This document shows, in pieces, positions 61,440 through 64,000 of a stretch of DNA of 64,000 nt. The stretch's first letter is position 1. Each line of letters starts with the position of its first letter. Both the position numbers and the translations under genes were made by a program. The DNA is from Octopus sinensis (taxonomy: Eukaryota), in the NCBI RefSeq assembly GCF_006345805.1, contig NC_043009.1, positions 67,332,001 through 67,396,000 of the forward strand. The letters run 5' to 3'. Below the pieces are notes generated by a model. That model did not search any database, was not told the DNA's origin, and saw nothing but the letters and a program-made list of their open reading frames with translations.

Positions 61440-61745
61440 TTAATTTTGTCTTTAGACTTGGCTTCTAATACGAAGGGATTTATTTTAAACAGCACCTCCT
61501 TTTTTACTCTATGGAAACAAATAAATACAAGTAATATACTTGTGTTCAACCAACAACAACAACAAAAAAGCACATTTGTATCTTTTAAATTTAATTTTGT
61601 CTTTAAAGTTGGCTTCTAAGACGAAGGGATTTATTTTAAACAGTACCCCCTTTTATCTCTCCGGAAACAAATAAATACAAGTAATATACTTGTGTTCAAC
61701 CAAATAAAAAAAAAGCAAATTTGTATCTTTTAAGCTTAATTTTGA
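61440..61745 (+). repeat. About 151-bp tandem duplication
   Basis: ttaattttgtcttta..ttggcttctaa.acgaagggatt at 61440 and 61591. Confidence 0.85.
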
Positions 61746-62077
61746 ATATAAACTTGGCCTATACCAGGATGTAATTAACTGTGAAACCCACCTAAAGACA
61801 AGGTATTAATAAAGTATTTAAGTATCCGTGTAGAGTGACGTCCCTTGTTACTGCCGCTCTCCACCGAAAGCTGTCAATTACAGGTTAATGTTGTTATTAA
61901 ACAGTTATATATATATATACAAATAAAGTGTATATATATATATATATGTATATATTTACATGAATATAATCTCACACGCTGTGGCAAGCACTGTCTATTT
62001 ATTTATTTATATATACATGTAGCTATATATTTGCTTATTCGCTTTCGAAAGACTTTTTTTCCCCTCTTCCCCGCCAG

Positions 62078-62391
62078 AGTTTGTCTCGGTGTCGTCTACA
62101 GAAACTCTCATGGATCCTCGAGATAATTCCGATTTATACGATGGTGGAACGGTTAGTGTATCTACTGGGGCCAGTCGGTCGACCACTGGTGCCAGTAGTG
62201 AATCAGTGTCCATTTCGGACCGTTCCATGCCTCAGCAGTCTCCGAGTACCAGCTCAAAGGAGAGTGCTGGTTCGCCTTCCAAGTCACTCTGTTCCTCCAC
62301 ATCCACATCTTCGGAAAATGTCCCGGCAGCGACCACCGCAAACGTTGCTCACAGCGCTGTTTTATCAACTTCGGAACCTGCCACTGTCAAG
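62078..62391 (+). CDS. Exon of an unidentified gene: Ser/Thr-rich disordered segment (MDPRDNSDLYDGGTVSVSTGASRS...EPATVK)
   Basis: Strong polypyrimidine tract plus cag acceptor (62077), AAG|gtaagt donor (62392), open frame, CpG-rich relative to flanks; ATG at 62110; rest of gene outside the window. Confidence 0.7.
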
Positions 62392-63669
62392 GTAAGTGAC
62401 ATCTATATATATATACACACAGTACACACACAAACACACACACACAAATGGGTATTTATTCTGACTCGGGCAATTATGTGTATATACTCCAGAGGGTAAC
62501 GAATTCGAAGAATCTCTATCTGTCACTAAGAATAAAAAACTCCAAGAATAAACCTTAGAGTGAATAAACATTTAATCCATAATCGTTAGTTTGACAAATA
62601 TATTTTTGGTACTCGTATCGCAGTACCTATATTTTCTAGAAATAACGGTTTTGGATTATATATATATATATATACATACATACACATACTCCCACTTAGA
62701 TACACATCGTAACATTGACTTGTTTAATAGACAATTATATTAAGAAAGTGTATAAAGTTATTAAGATTTTTATTTTGTATAATTCATTTGGGAAGTATAT
62801 CCGTATCGTGGCATTGCGTATAAATTTGTGTACGCAAGCATAAACTGTACAAACACACACACACACACACACTCGTGTGTGTGTGACATAAACATGTGTG
62901 CGCTTCTCCCTCCGTTCCAAATTTCAAGTTTCATTTTGTAGATATATGTACAATGTGTCAACTCACACACACACACACACACATCAGAGATCATACAGTC
63001 TGCCCTTCACTCTGAGAGCAAAACACCGTTTCTAGTCGAAGTAATAACTCCCTAAACATTTTTTTCCATCCTATCTTCCCTCTGGCAGCTATGCTTGAGG
63101 GTCGCCCACCTCTGCTGCTTATTAGATCATATAAGGATCAAAATCTATCGATCACGTCTAAAGTACTGTCCAGGCATTTGGTAAAAAAATCTATTTCACG
63201 TGTTCTCTTAGTATTTATTGCTCTTGTAAATCTGTTGCCCCATTAGTCTACCTGTGATCCCTCTGCACTTCAAGTGTGCTCATAGTTTACTCTAGATACG
63301 TTGTACGGGGTCCTTTTCTGACCATTTCCCTGATGATAGCAGGATACCACTTTACCATCATCTTTCCTCGTCCGCAAAATTTAGTCATTGCTAAGTTTAC
63401 TTCTATAAGTATACGGTCTCCCCTTTCTCTCTTTATGTATAAATATCAAATCCAAAGGATGCTAAAAAGAACAATACCCCATTTTTTTCTCTCCTTCATG
63501 TATATAAACACACACACACACACACAAATACACGTTTATGTGTGTGTGTGTGTGTATATAGGTAGGTGGAATTTCATCTCTAAATGTGCTAAATTATCTA
63601 CACGAGCCAGGTCATTGTTTATAGGAGGAGGACTATAATAAACAGGAGGAAGATGAGGAGTGAGCCTAT

Positions 63670-63990
63670 TGTGACCCCCGACTCTCTACCTGTTGGCTAA
63701 ATTCATCTCTGCAGTCATTTCTTGTAGACTGCACTGCTGTACATAGCTTGCACAGCCCTTGTTAGCCATTCAGCTGTCAGTAATTTTTTTTTGTGATAAC
63801 CAGATTACAGATTCTGGAATCCTATCAGAACCCTTTTCCAGGACAATGAATGCCAAGTACGATGGCTTATCGCTAGCCAAGTACTTCTGCAAAGGTTTCT
63901 GTTGGAAGAGTGTATCAGTAAACCTTGGAATAGTTTAAAACTCCAGCATTTTGAGGCTTTTCTGCAAATTTGTTGTTACCTGGTGCAGTG
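63670..63990 (-). mobile_element. RTE RT fragment
   Basis: KYLASDKPSYLAFIVLEKGSDRIP ... EWLTRAVQAMY. Confidence 0.75.
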
Positions 63991-64000
63991 CATCCCACCC

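Overview
AT-rich, intron-rich eukaryotic genomic DNA. The repeat content points to an invertebrate, most likely a cephalopod (octopus-type); this is an inference. Protein genes were reconstructed by hand from GT-AG splice sites and reading-frame phase. (1) A complete 16-coding-exon ILVBL/HACL2 gene on + (ATG 21605, stop 47389, 625 aa, TPP-dependent 2-hydroxyacyl-CoA lyase 2 / acetolactate-synthase-like). (2) A divergently transcribed 3-exon gene on - (ATG 19459, stop 9549, 155 aa) matching the vertebrate 'POLR1D isoform 2' protein, with no RPAC2 polymerase-subunit exon visible. (3) One Ser/Thr-rich exon of an unidentified + strand gene at 62078-62391. The rest is largely transposon-derived: RTE LINE fragments and 3' tails, several tRNA-derived SINE families, Tc1/mariner, Merlin-like and possibly Sola-like transposase relics, hAT and TTAA MITEs, Helitrons, minisatellites and microsatellites. 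The most striking non-genic signal is a tRNA-headed SINE-like element whose tail carries a minimal type I hammerhead ribozyme of the Penelope-associated dimeric kind. It occurs in four copies, twice as head-to-head inverted pairs. A second, unrelated hammerhead-like fold with a variant core lies at 32.6 kb.
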